Shown piece after piece: positions 48,335-57,678 of a stretch of DNA of 64,000 nt (position 1 is the stretch's first letter; the number at the start of each line of letters is the position of its first letter). Source of the DNA: Myxococcales bacterium (GTDB lineage: Bacteria > Myxococcota_A > Polyangia > Polyangiales > DASUME01). The stretch lies in the NCBI GenBank assembly GCA_047601445.1, contig JASGJH010000001.1, forward strand, positions 3,488,001 to 3,552,000, given 5' to 3'. The notes beneath the pieces were generated by a model. That model saw nothing but the letters and a program-made list of their open reading frames with translations. It did not search any database and had not been told where the DNA came from. A program made the position numbers and the translations under genes.

Positions 48335-48523
48335 TCAGCAAGCGTCCGTCAGCTCCCCCCTGCGCATCCGACTCCGCTGGTAGTACATGGTGCCGTGATT
48401 CACCGGGATGATGCCGACGCCTGGGCAGTCGAGGTCGATGATCACCATGAGCAGTGCGCTGAGCATGACGGACAGCACGAACCACATGCCCAGGCGCTGG
48501 CAGCGCGCCGAGCTCCCGAACAT
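48335..48523 (-). pseudogene. C-terminal relic of a DUF4239/bestrophin-like membrane protein
   Basis: LLMVIIDLDCPGVGIIPVN resembles the IxDLDRPxxGxIxV terminal motif; the N-terminus is absent. Confidence 0.5.
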
Positions 48524-48563
48524 CGGGGTTGCGACGCGCGAAAGCGAGCTTTATAGGGGCCCA

Positions 48564-49241
48564 ATGAGTTCTTTGGGAGTCACCGAAGCCGTTCGTTCGC
48601 GCCGCTCCGTGCGAGCCTTCCTGGACAAGCCCGTGCCGCTCACCTTGCTGCGCGAGGCGCTCGAGCTGGCAGCGCGCGCGCCGTCGGGCGGGAACCTCCA
48701 ACCCTGGTGGATCCACGTCGTCGCGGGGGCAAGGCTCGAGGAGCTGCGCGGCGTCATGCGAGAGCGCGTGCTGACAGAGGGACCAGATCCCGCCGAGTAC
48801 GAGATCTATCCCGCCAACCTCTGGGAGCCCTATCGCTCGCGACGCTACGACATCGGCGAGCTCATGTACGCCGCCCTCGGCATCGAGCGCAACGACAAGC
48901 TGAAGCGGCTCGAGCGCTTCGCTCAGAACTATCAGCTCTTCGGGGCCCCGGTGGGATTGTTCTGCTTCATCGAGCGACGCATGGGCGCGCCCCAGTGGTC
49001 CGACCTCGGCATGTACCTGCAGACCCTGATGTTGCTGCTCAGGGAGCGCGGCGTGGACAGCTGCGCGCAAGAGGCCTGGTCGGCGTACCACCGCGTGGTC
49101 GGCGACTTCGTCGGGAGCCCTCCCGAGCGCATGTTGTTCTGCGGAATGGCCATCGGGTACGCCGATCCAGACGCGCCCGTGAACCACCTCAGCACGCCCC
49201 GTGCGGCGCTCGACGACTTCACCACCTTCCACGGATTTTGA
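48564..49241 (+). CDS. nitroreductase family protein
   Basis: RRSVRAF, APSGGNLQPW, FGAPV, GMAIGY. Confidence 0.93.
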   Translation: MSSLGVTEAVRSRRSVRAFLDKPVPLTLLREALELAARAPSGGNLQPWWIHVVAGARLEELRGVMRERVLTEGPDPAEYEIYPANLWEPYRSRRYDIGELMYAALGIERNDKLKRLERFAQNYQLFGAPVGLFCFIERRMGAPQWSDLGMYLQTLMLLLRERGVDSCAQEAWSAYHRVVGDFVGSPPERMLFCGMAIGYADPDAPVNHLSTPRAALDDFTTFHGF

Positions 49242-49244
49242 GCC

Positions 49245-49748
49245 ATGCACGAGGTCACGCTGCAGCGCGTGGAGCCGCACGAGGCTTCCATCCTGTCCAA
49301 CCTGCTCGAGCTCTACTGCCACGACATGAGCGCATACTTTCCCGTCACGCTCGGTTCGGACGGACGCTTCGGCTACTCGCTCGAGCGCTACTTCACGGAG
49401 CCGCAGCGCTTTCCCTACTTCATCCTGGTCGAACGAAAGCTGGCCGGTTTCGCGCTCGCCACGCGCGGCTCGCCCGCCAGCGCCGACCCCGAGCATCTCG
49501 ACGTCGCAGAGTTCTTCGTGCTGCGAAGCTTGCGCGGTCGCAACGTGGGCGAACGCGCCGCGGGCCTGCTGTGGGATCAGCTGCCCGGTCGCTGGCTGGT
49601 GCGGGTCGCTTGCGTCAATCGACCTGCGCTGGCGTTTTGGCCGCGCGCCATCGAGCGCTACACGGGCCGGCCGGCCACGTCTCGCAAGTTCACGCAAAAC
49701 CAAATCGAGCGCGACGTGTTCGAATTCGACTCGGTGATCCGCGGCTAG
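49245..49748 (+). CDS. GNAT family N-acetyltransferase
   Basis: LAGFAL, VAEFFVLRSLRGRNVG, NRPALAFW. Confidence 0.88.
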   Translation: MHEVTLQRVEPHEASILSNLLELYCHDMSAYFPVTLGSDGRFGYSLERYFTEPQRFPYFILVERKLAGFALATRGSPASADPEHLDVAEFFVLRSLRGRNVGERAAGLLWDQLPGRWLVRVACVNRPALAFWPRAIERYTGRPATSRKFTQNQIERDVFEFDSVIRG

Positions 49749-50456
49749 TCAGCTGCAGCCCTCGGCGTCACAGGCGACCCCGGTCTCTGCTTCGGGCAGC
49801 TCGTCAGAGGCTTCGTCCCAGGCCTTGTGCAGCGCCTCCCGCAGCAGCTCCGCGGGCTGCGCACCCGACACGCCATAGCGGCCGAGCACGAAGAAAGGCA
49901 CACCGCTGATGCCGTAGCGGCGGGCCTGCTCGAGGTCTGCGCGCACCTCGGCGCTGAACAGGTCGCCGGCGAGCACGCCCTGCACCTCGTCGGCCTCGAG
50001 CCCGACCTCGACCGCCAACCGCAGCAAGTCCTCGTGCATGCCGAGCCGGGCTCCCTCGCAGAAGTAGGCGCGCAGCAGGCGCTCCTTGAGCTGGGCGCCC
50101 AAGCCGCGCGCGTGGGCGAGCGCGAGCAGACGATGGGCGTCGAAGGTGTTGCCCGAGCGGATGATATCGAAGCGCATCCCGATGCCGTCGCTGGCCGCGA
50201 CGTTCACCAGGCGGTCCGTCATGGCTTGAGCCTGAACCGGGGTGGTGCCGTACTTGCGCGCCAGCCGCTCGGCATGGCTCAGGGAGCCGTCGTCGACACG
50301 AGGTGCCGAAGGATCCAGCTGAAAGGCGCGGTAACGCACGCGCACGCGGTCAGCATGGGGAAAGCTTGCGAGGGCCTGCTCGAGCCTGCGCTTGCCCACG
50401 TAACACCAGGGGCAGGCGGTATCGGACCAGACCTCGACGGACAGCTGCTTGGCCAT
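49749..50456 (-). CDS. DsbA family (FrnE-like) oxidoreductase
   Basis: WSDTACPWCYVG, NTFDAHRL, ISGVPFF, GAQP, C-terminal CDAEGC. Confidence 0.92.
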   Translation of the reverse strand: MAKQLSVEVWSDTACPWCYVGKRRLEQALASFPHADRVRVRYRAFQLDPSAPRVDDGSLSHAERLARKYGTTPVQAQAMTDRLVNVAASDGIGMRFDIIRSGNTFDAHRLLALAHARGLGAQLKERLLRAYFCEGARLGMHEDLLRLAVEVGLEADEVQGVLAGDLFSAEVRADLEQARRYGISGVPFFVLGRYGVSGAQPAELLREALHKAWDEASDELPEAETGVACDAEGCS

Positions 50457-50543
50457 GGCGCGCAAGCTAAGGACGCGTCGCTCTCTTTTCAAGACCGGAG
50501 CAGCGCTCGCGAGGCAGAGGCGAGCGCGCCGCTCTCCCGCCGC

Positions 50544-51894
50544 TCAGGGCAGGTTGAGGCTGATCAACCCCTCATCGGACGGCCAATTCGGGATCCGCAT
50601 GCTCACGTTGTGGGTCTCGAGCTCGATCCAGGCCGGCTCACGGGCGTCCACGAACACGTCCGAGGCAAACAGGAAGGGCACGAGCTGGGTGGCCCCGAGG
50701 TCGCTCTTCTGGTTCTGGTTCTGGTCAGACATGAACAGGCCCACCGTGGTGGTGTCCTTGCCGGCCAGCTGGTCGTTGAGCACCTCGGTGCCGTTGATCT
50801 TGAGGGACTGCCCGAGGTCGTGTCGGAACGAGCCCTGCAGATAGCGCGCCACCATGGTCACGTGGTTCGGGCCGCGCACCAGCTTGTCGGTGCTCAGGCT
50901 GGAGACCAGCGGATTCTTGGAGAAGCTCACGAAGCGCACCAGACGATTGCTGCGCCTGAAGGGCGCGAAGTACACGTGGCCGATCAACTTGTCCTGACCG
51001 TCGATGGCCTTGAACTCATACTGCTTGCCGCGGGCAAGCTTCACCGGCGCAGCCCTACCGTCGGCCCCTGGCGTGATGGTGACCACCGGCGCCCCGCGCT
51101 CGGTGGGAGAGTCTCCCATCTCGTAGACCTCGATGCGTCCATCGGTGACCGGCACGTTGTCGCCCAGAGTCTCGCCCAGGCCCTCGACGGTGATCTCGTT
51201 GTCGCCGCACTGGATCTCGGTGTACTGCGGGGGCTTACCCAGCAGGTACTTGTACATCTCGACGAAGGCCGGGGTGCTCGAGGCGCAATCGACGTGGTCC
51301 TCGTTGGCCATCAGCGTGACCGTGGACTCGGCACCTGGTGCGTGGTGAGGCATCGCGTTGAGGTCGTTGGTCGACGAGAGGCTCAGCGCGTGGACGCCCG
51401 CCGGGACCGCGGTCTCGCCCGACACGTTGATGTAGTGCGCCACCTTGGCCGCCCGGCCGGGGTCGCTCAGGTAGTTGATGCAATGCCCGGTGCCCTGCGA
51501 GTGCCCCACCAGCTCCACCTGGGTCTGCCCCGGGGTCTTGGCCAGGATCTCGTTCACCACGGCGTCGATCTTCGCGACGACCTCCTCGCCCTGGTTGGGA
51601 TTGATCAGAATCCACCGAGTTGTACTCGACCGCCACGATGCGATCCTGACAGTAGCCGTTGCTGCCGAAGAGCATGGCTGGGTGGGCGAACTGATCCCCG
51701 GAGCCGAGCGTGCCGTGCACGAACACGATGGGGGGCAGGGTCTTGTCGCAGGCGTCGTCCGAGACCACCACGTCGCACTTCTCCGGCAGCGTGCTGCCCT
51801 CGCTGGGCGTCTTGTCATCCGACCCGCAGCCCACCGCGAGCGCCGCCAGCGTCAGCAGCCACATCCTCTTCTTCGCACCGTTCATTTCAAGCAT
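50544..51894 (-). CDS. AFL-type (Archaeoglobus lipase-like) alpha/beta hydrolase lipoprotein; one-base frameshift near 51613
   Basis: N-frame has lipobox AVGC and PIVFVHG..GSGDQF...SNGY; C-frame has LVGHSQG, AAKVAHYI and GKQYEF. Confidence 0.8.
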
Positions 51895-52138
51895 TGGTTC
51901 TCCGAGGCTCTGCAAAATTGCCGCATCAACGTAGCGGTCGGTTGGCGCGTGCATCATAGGGACAAGCGGGGCCCCGCGGCACTCTCCCAGCTTGCCAAGT
52001 GCTTGACCCGCGGAGTCACGCCCCCGTCGCCACAGCTTGCGAGGCTTCTCACCGAATCGTGGCGGGCCTGCGATGGGCCGCAGCTAGGTCTTCGAAATGT
52101 CCCTCCAAACCTGACGGGACATGAGGAGTGTTACCGCA

Positions 52139-53197
52139 ATGACCAGCCGTCATCTTTGGCCCTGCCTGGGAGCGGGGCTGCTGAGCGCCATGAGCGCCGT
52201 GGCCTCTCCCGCCCTCGCGGACGGCCCGCTATCGCGGGCGATTGACCTGTTCGAACGCCTCGAGAAGACGCAGTTCGCCGTGATCGGCGACACGCCCTAC
52301 CGCGACACGGACATCCCGATGCTCGACGAGGTGCTGCGCGAGATCAACGCCTCGGGCATGGAGTTCACCGTGCACAACGGCGACATCAAGAGCGGCAGCT
52401 CCCTGTGCTCCGACGACTTGTTCCAGGTGCGCTTCAACCAGCTCCAGCAGCTGCGACGTCCCCTGGTCTACACGCCTGGCGACAACGAGTGGACCGACTG
52501 CCACCGCCCGGCCGCCGGCGGCTACCAGCCCCTCGAGCGCCTGGCCAAGATCCGCTCGCTGTTCTTCGCCAACCCCAACTTCACCACGGGCAAGCTGCCC
52601 ATGCGCGTGCGCAGCCAGAGCAGCGACCCCGCCTACGCGACCTTCGTGGAAAACGCGCTGTTCGTGAAGAACGACATCGTGTTCGCCACGGTGCACGTGG
52701 TGGGCAGCAACAACAACAGGGCGACTTGGAGCGGCATCGGCGAGACCGCCGCCGCCCCGCGTCAGGATCGCCTGGCCGAGGTCGCGGCGCGCACCGCCGC
52801 CGCGCTCGCGTGGATCGACAAGGCCTTCGACGAAGCGGAGGCGCGCGGCGCAGCGGGCGTGTTCCTGGCCATGCAGGCCAACCCGGCCTTCGAGTCCGCG
52901 CAGGGTTCGCCCGAACGCCTGGGCTTCGACGAGATCGTCCAGCGCATCTCGGATCGCACGGTAGCCTTCGCGCGCCCGGTGCTCGTGGCCCACGGCGACA
53001 GCCACTACTTCCGCTATGACAAGCCCCTGATCGCCCCCACCCTCTCGGTGGGACCGCGCCGCCTCGAGGACTTCGCGCGCCTCGAAAATTTCGGCGACAC
53101 CGACGTGCACTGGGTGGAGGTCGTCGCCGACCCCAAGACGCCCGAGGTGTTCCGCATCGTGGCGCACATCGTCCAGAGCAATCGCTTCGAGCGCTGA
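52139..53197 (+). CDS. secreted calcineurin-like metallophosphoesterase
   Basis: Signal peptide ending ALA; GDTPY, HNGDIK, PGDNEW, HGDSH; GAGGAG RBS. Confidence 0.8.
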   Translation: MTSRHLWPCLGAGLLSAMSAVASPALADGPLSRAIDLFERLEKTQFAVIGDTPYRDTDIPMLDEVLREINASGMEFTVHNGDIKSGSSLCSDDLFQVRFNQLQQLRRPLVYTPGDNEWTDCHRPAAGGYQPLERLAKIRSLFFANPNFTTGKLPMRVRSQSSDPAYATFVENALFVKNDIVFATVHVVGSNNNRATWSGIGETAAAPRQDRLAEVAARTAAALAWIDKAFDEAEARGAAGVFLAMQANPAFESAQGSPERLGFDEIVQRISDRTVAFARPVLVAHGDSHYFRYDKPLIAPTLSVGPRRLEDFARLENFGDTDVHWVEVVADPKTPEVFRIVAHIVQSNRFER

Positions 53198-53280
53198 GAT
53201 CACGCCTGCACGAAGCCAGGTGACGCAAATGTCACGCGCACGTCGGACGGGAGCCGTCTTTCGACACTAGACCCGGCTCC

Positions 53281-54171
53281 ATGTCCGACTCCTTGCGAAA
53301 CCACGTCGTACTCATCACGGGCGCCACCAGCGGCATCGGCCTCGTCGCCACGCGCTCGCTGCTGGCACGGGGCGCCAGGGTCTTCGCGACCTATCGCTCG
53401 GGCGCCAAGGCCAACCAGGTGTTCGCCGATCTGCCCCGCGAGGACTCGGAGCGCCTGAGCGTCTTGCCCCTCGAGCTGGGCGACTTCGACTCGGTGCAGG
53501 CCTGCGCCGAGCGGTTCCTCGCCACGGGTCTGCCGCTGCACGTCCTGGTCAACAACGCGGGTCTGGCCGGCGTCCGTGGGCGCACCTCCTCGGGCTTCGA
53601 GTCCGCCTTCGGGGTCAACCACGTCGGCCACTTCCTGCTCACTCGGCTGCTCCTGGATCGCCTGCTCGCTTCCGCCCCCGCGCGCATCGTCAACGTGGGC
53701 AGCCGCGCCCATCGCCGGGTGCAGGGTATCGACTTCGCGCGCGTCACCGAGCCCACCCGCTCCCTGACGGGCATCCACGAGTACAACGTCTCCAAGCTGG
53801 CCAACTTGTTGTTCAGCGCCGAGCTCGGTCGCCGCCTGGCGGGCACCGGTGTCCACACCTACGCGCTCCACCCCGGCGTGGTCGATACGCCGTTCTGGCG
53901 CGCCGTGCCGGCCGTGGTGCGGCCCCTGCTCAAGCTGCGCGGCATGATCTCCCCCGAAGCCGGCGCGCGCACCCTGCTCCACTGCGTCGGCGCCCCCGAA
54001 CTCGCGCAGGAGAGCGGCCTCTACTACGCGGATTGCCAGGTCGCTACGCCCACGACGGTCGCCCGAGACGGTGAGCTCGCCAGCCTATTGTGGCAACGCT
54101 CGGTGGCCTGGGTACGCCCTGCCCTGGGCCCCATTCCTGCCCAGGCAGTTTGGGATCCAGTTGGACCGTAG
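53281..54171 (+). CDS. SDR oxidoreductase (retinol dehydrogenase-like)
   Basis: TGATSGIG, NNAG, FGVNHVGHFLL, YNVSKLAN, LHPGVV. Confidence 0.92.
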   Translation: MSDSLRNHVVLITGATSGIGLVATRSLLARGARVFATYRSGAKANQVFADLPREDSERLSVLPLELGDFDSVQACAERFLATGLPLHVLVNNAGLAGVRGRTSSGFESAFGVNHVGHFLLTRLLLDRLLASAPARIVNVGSRAHRRVQGIDFARVTEPTRSLTGIHEYNVSKLANLLFSAELGRRLAGTGVHTYALHPGVVDTPFWRAVPAVVRPLLKLRGMISPEAGARTLLHCVGAPELAQESGLYYADCQVATPTTVARDGELASLLWQRSVAWVRPALGPIPAQAVWDPVGP

Positions 54172-54183
54172 TATCTTGGTGGG

Positions 54184-55272
54184 GTGCACGTTCAAGGCAC
54201 CTGTCATGTGTATCAAGCCATCGACTTGGGCTTTGCCATCGACCTCGCACGCGCCGAGCGGCTGCTCTCGGTGGACCCCATTCAACAGAACTTCAAGCGT
54301 CCGCGCAGAGCCACCGAGGCCGCGCAGCTGCAGCGCCACTCCTTGCGGGTCGCCCAGAGCGGCTTCCCGGTCCAGATCGGCAACTTCCGCACCGAGGGGC
54401 CCGTCGAGATCGTGCTCTGGGAATTCGGCGCCGCCACCATCGGCTACCAGATTCCCATCGACGGCACGCTGGCAGACCTGGTCCCGCTCTCCGATCAACT
54501 CTGGGACCATGGCGAGCTAATCGGCGACGCGCGGCGCCGGGCCGAGCACTTACTCATCACCATCCGCGAAGCGGTGGACAAGCCACGCCTCGGGGAGCGC
54601 ATCGAGGACTACGTGGTGTTCGAGCTGCGTTTGCCCGAGCGCGCGCCGGTGAATGGCCTGTGGACGGCCCACGCGGCGACCACGGCGAGCATCCTGCGCG
54701 CGGAGCCGGGCCCCCTCTCCGAGCAGGAGATCGCCGAGGCGCTCAGCCTGCGCTGCGCTTACCTGCCCGACGAAGTGGCCCTGATCGACTGGTTCGCTGC
54801 CTTGCTGGTGGGCGACGACATGGAAGACGAGCGGCTGGTGCTCGAGCTGACCGTGGCGGAGCTGCTCGAGCTGCGCACCTTGGACGATCAACTCGATCGC
54901 GGCGTGGACGCTGCCTACAACGTGCTCACGCGCAAGCGCAGTTGGCTCTCCTCGCTGTGGATGCGCGGCCCGGACCTGGCGGAGATCTCCCAGCTGCAGG
55001 CCGATGCGGCCGTGCTCTTCGAGGGCGTCGACAATGCCCTCAAGCTGCTCGGCGACCAATACCTGGCGCGCCTTTACCACGTGGCCTCCGAGCGCTTTCA
55101 CCTGCCGCAATGGGATACGGCCATCGAGCGCAAACTGAGGTTGCTCGACGGCATCTACGAGAAGCTCGCCACTCGCGCCTCGAGTCGCCGCTTCGAGCTG
55201 CTGGAGGTGGTGATCATCGTGCTGATCGCGATCTCGACCGTGGCGCCTTTCTTGCCGAAGTTCTGGCAGTGA
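54184..55272 (+). CDS. hypothetical protein with C-terminal TM helix (RMD1/DUF155-like architecture)
   Basis: 362 aa; LWEFGAA, long helical region, terminal LEVVIIVLIAI. Confidence 0.7.
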   Translation: MHVQGTCHVYQAIDLGFAIDLARAERLLSVDPIQQNFKRPRRATEAAQLQRHSLRVAQSGFPVQIGNFRTEGPVEIVLWEFGAATIGYQIPIDGTLADLVPLSDQLWDHGELIGDARRRAEHLLITIREAVDKPRLGERIEDYVVFELRLPERAPVNGLWTAHAATTASILRAEPGPLSEQEIAEALSLRCAYLPDEVALIDWFAALLVGDDMEDERLVLELTVAELLELRTLDDQLDRGVDAAYNVLTRKRSWLSSLWMRGPDLAEISQLQADAAVLFEGVDNALKLLGDQYLARLYHVASERFHLPQWDTAIERKLRLLDGIYEKLATRASSRRFELLEVVIIVLIAISTVAPFLPKFWQ

Positions 55273-55580
55273 GCTGCGCCTCGAGCACGCTGCGCTCCTG
55301 GCCCCCGCGCCGCTGCACGCGCTCGGCCCCGCCAAGCTGCTCGAGCACGGCCACGAGCGCCTCACGCGCCGCCCCCTGAGCGCGCGCCGAGCCCCCGGAC
55401 AGCGCACGACGCTCGAGCTCGGGACCAACCTCGCTCCGAGAGACGCAGGTTACGCACTCGGGCATCCGCGCTCTCCCCGTACTCCACGTATCCCAGGGAC
55501 AGCGGCTCCAGGCTCTTAGGATGCCGCCTGCTGGGTCACCCCCAGCAGCTGCGCCAGCTGGCTCACGCCGCACGCGCTGT
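55273..55580 (-). pseudogene. degraded MarR-family regulator
   Basis: Three consecutive frames give VSQLAQLLGVTQQAAS / KSLEPLSLGYVEYGESADARVRNLRLSERG / AAREALVAVLEQLGGAE; no N-terminus. Confidence 0.65.
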
Positions 55581-55877
55581 TCCCCACCTTTCGAGACGGC
55601 AAGGTCTGCGAGCTACGCGACTACGACTGCTTCGAGCCCTTCCAGAGATTGCGGTCCGCCGACGTGGAGGGCGCGGACACCGCTCCAGTCCAGTAACCTC
55701 CAACACGCCGTGAGACGCTGCGCGAGTAGTTCGCTCCGTGACGCGCAGCATGGCCACAAACTTGCAGCGACGCTCCGTCACAGCGCGCGAAGAACCCGTG
55801 CTCGCGGGGAGATTTTGCCCCGTGGACGACACGTTTTTGTCATGATGTGAAAATCAAGCGTCGAGGAGTTCACACAC

Positions 55878-56783
55878 ATGGACCAAGTGGCGACTGGCGT
55901 GCGGATCTGGTGGATCTTTCTCTGCAGTCTGACGCTCTTCAATCTGGGCTTCTGGATCGCCTCATGTGTGACCTTCATGCGTCGACGCGTCACGGCACCG
56001 CGCGCGTACACGGCACGTTGGCCCCACGTGCTCTTGTCGCTGACGTACGTGCTCGGCTGCGGCTTCCGCTCGATCCTTCCGCGCGCCGACGTGCAGCGCA
56101 TGTGTCTGTACGACTCGTTCCTCTCGAGCGTGCTGGTGGGCCGATCGGTGGCCACCATCGCCGAGCTCGCCTTCGCGGTGCAATGGGCGTTGCTCCTCTA
56201 CGAGCTGTCCCAGGCCGAGCACGACCGCTTTGGAATGCGGGTCGCTCGTGTCGTGGTGCCGCTCATCTTCGTGGCCGAGATCTGTTCTTGGTACGCCGTG
56301 TTGACCACGAACTACCTGGGTAACGCGATGGAGCAGTCGATCTGGACCTTCTCGGCGGCCTTGATGACGGTGGCGCTATTTGGGCTCTGGAAGAAGACCT
56401 ACGGCCAGCTGCGCGGCTTCCTCACGGTGGCGATGATCGTCTGCGTAGGCTTCGTGTGCTTCATGTGCACGGTGGACGTGCCGATGTACCTCACGCGCTT
56501 CCAGGCAGACCTCGCGCACGGGCGCCCGTTCCTCAGCCTCGGCGAGGGGCTGCGCGACGTCTCGGAGCGTTGGGTCGTGATCCACAGCTGGCAGGAGTGG
56601 CGCGACGAGATCAGCTGGATGTCGCTCTACTTCAGCGTCGCCGTGTGGGTCAGCATCTCGCTGGTGCATGCCCCCCACTCACGCCGCTCGTTCCGGAGCT
56701 CGTTGTTTGGGAAGGCTAACTCGGGTGACAAGGACGGACGCTTCTCGGAGATGGGGACGAATCCGGGGATGATCAAGAATTGA
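55878..56783 (+). CDS. hypothetical multi-pass membrane protein
   Basis: GAGGAG RBS; about 7 hydrophobic segments; FRSILPRADVQRMCL, GRSVATIAEL. Confidence 0.8.
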   Translation: MDQVATGVRIWWIFLCSLTLFNLGFWIASCVTFMRRRVTAPRAYTARWPHVLLSLTYVLGCGFRSILPRADVQRMCLYDSFLSSVLVGRSVATIAELAFAVQWALLLYELSQAEHDRFGMRVARVVVPLIFVAEICSWYAVLTTNYLGNAMEQSIWTFSAALMTVALFGLWKKTYGQLRGFLTVAMIVCVGFVCFMCTVDVPMYLTRFQADLAHGRPFLSLGEGLRDVSERWVVIHSWQEWRDEISWMSLYFSVAVWVSISLVHAPHSRRSFRSSLFGKANSGDKDGRFSEMGTNPGMIKN

Positions 56784-56880
56784 GGCTGACTGCGGCGTAG
56801 TAGTTGCGGCCCGTCGCCGTCGCCGTTGACCCACCATCTCCAACCGTTGACGACTCCCTCTCCTCCTCACGTCATCATCA

Positions 56881-57552
56881 TCAGTCCCACTTCCCCACTT
56901 CCTTCGCATACTGCCCCTGGGTCCTCTCCACCTGCTTGCGCAGTCCGACCAGGGTGTCGTAGGGCACGGCTTGCGAGGCGTTGCGCACGGCCCACTCGGG
57001 GTGGTTGCCGCCGGGGTCCACGCGCATCAACAGCTCCACGAAGGTGCTGGCGTCATCCATCTTGCGCAGCGAGAAGACGGTTTCGCACTGCTTGATGCGC
57101 ACGACCTTGGGCACCTCGGCCTTCTCCCCGGGCAGGCACACCAGGCGTACGCGGAACTCCTGTCCTGGCTTCACGACTTCCACGGTCCGCTTCATCACCA
57201 GGTCGCGGTCGCGCACGGGCCAGGTCTGATCGGAGCGCGAGTAGACGATCTCGGTCTTGTCGTCGATGCTGCGCAGCACGTGCGCTTCGGCCACGTCTTT
57301 GGCCCACTCCTTGGAACGTGCATCGTCGAGCACCACGGCCAGGACCTGCAGCACCGAGCCCTGCACCTTGCCCGTGCCACGATAGGCTGGGATCGCCCGG
57401 CCAGGCTCTTCCTTCTCGCTGACCGAGATGCCGCTCTTCTTCTCGATCTCTTGCCAGCCAGTGTCTTCTGCCCAGGCGGCGGAGCCGACGAGCGAACTCG
57501 TGGCAAGCACGCCCGAGAGGATGAGAGGGATTCTTGCGCTTCGCATACTCAT
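56881..57552 (-). CDS. START-domain (lipid-binding) secreted protein
   Basis: Signal peptide ending AWA; WQEIEKKSGISV, WPVRDRDLV, VDPGG..PEW. Confidence 0.88.
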   Translation of the reverse strand: MSMRSARIPLILSGVLATSSLVGSAAWAEDTGWQEIEKKSGISVSEKEEPGRAIPAYRGTGKVQGSVLQVLAVVLDDARSKEWAKDVAEAHVLRSIDDKTEIVYSRSDQTWPVRDRDLVMKRTVEVVKPGQEFRVRLVCLPGEKAEVPKVVRIKQCETVFSLRKMDDASTFVELLMRVDPGGNHPEWAVRNASQAVPYDTLVGLRKQVERTQGQYAKEVGKWD

Positions 57553-57678
57553 CACTATGCAGGGCCCCGATTGGGGAGCCAGCACGACCTCGCGGGCGGA
57601 CAAAAACGACACAGAGGGCGCCGCGCTACGCCGCGCGTTTTCGGGCGCTTGTGGCGTATTGGATGGGCCTGCTCCGAC

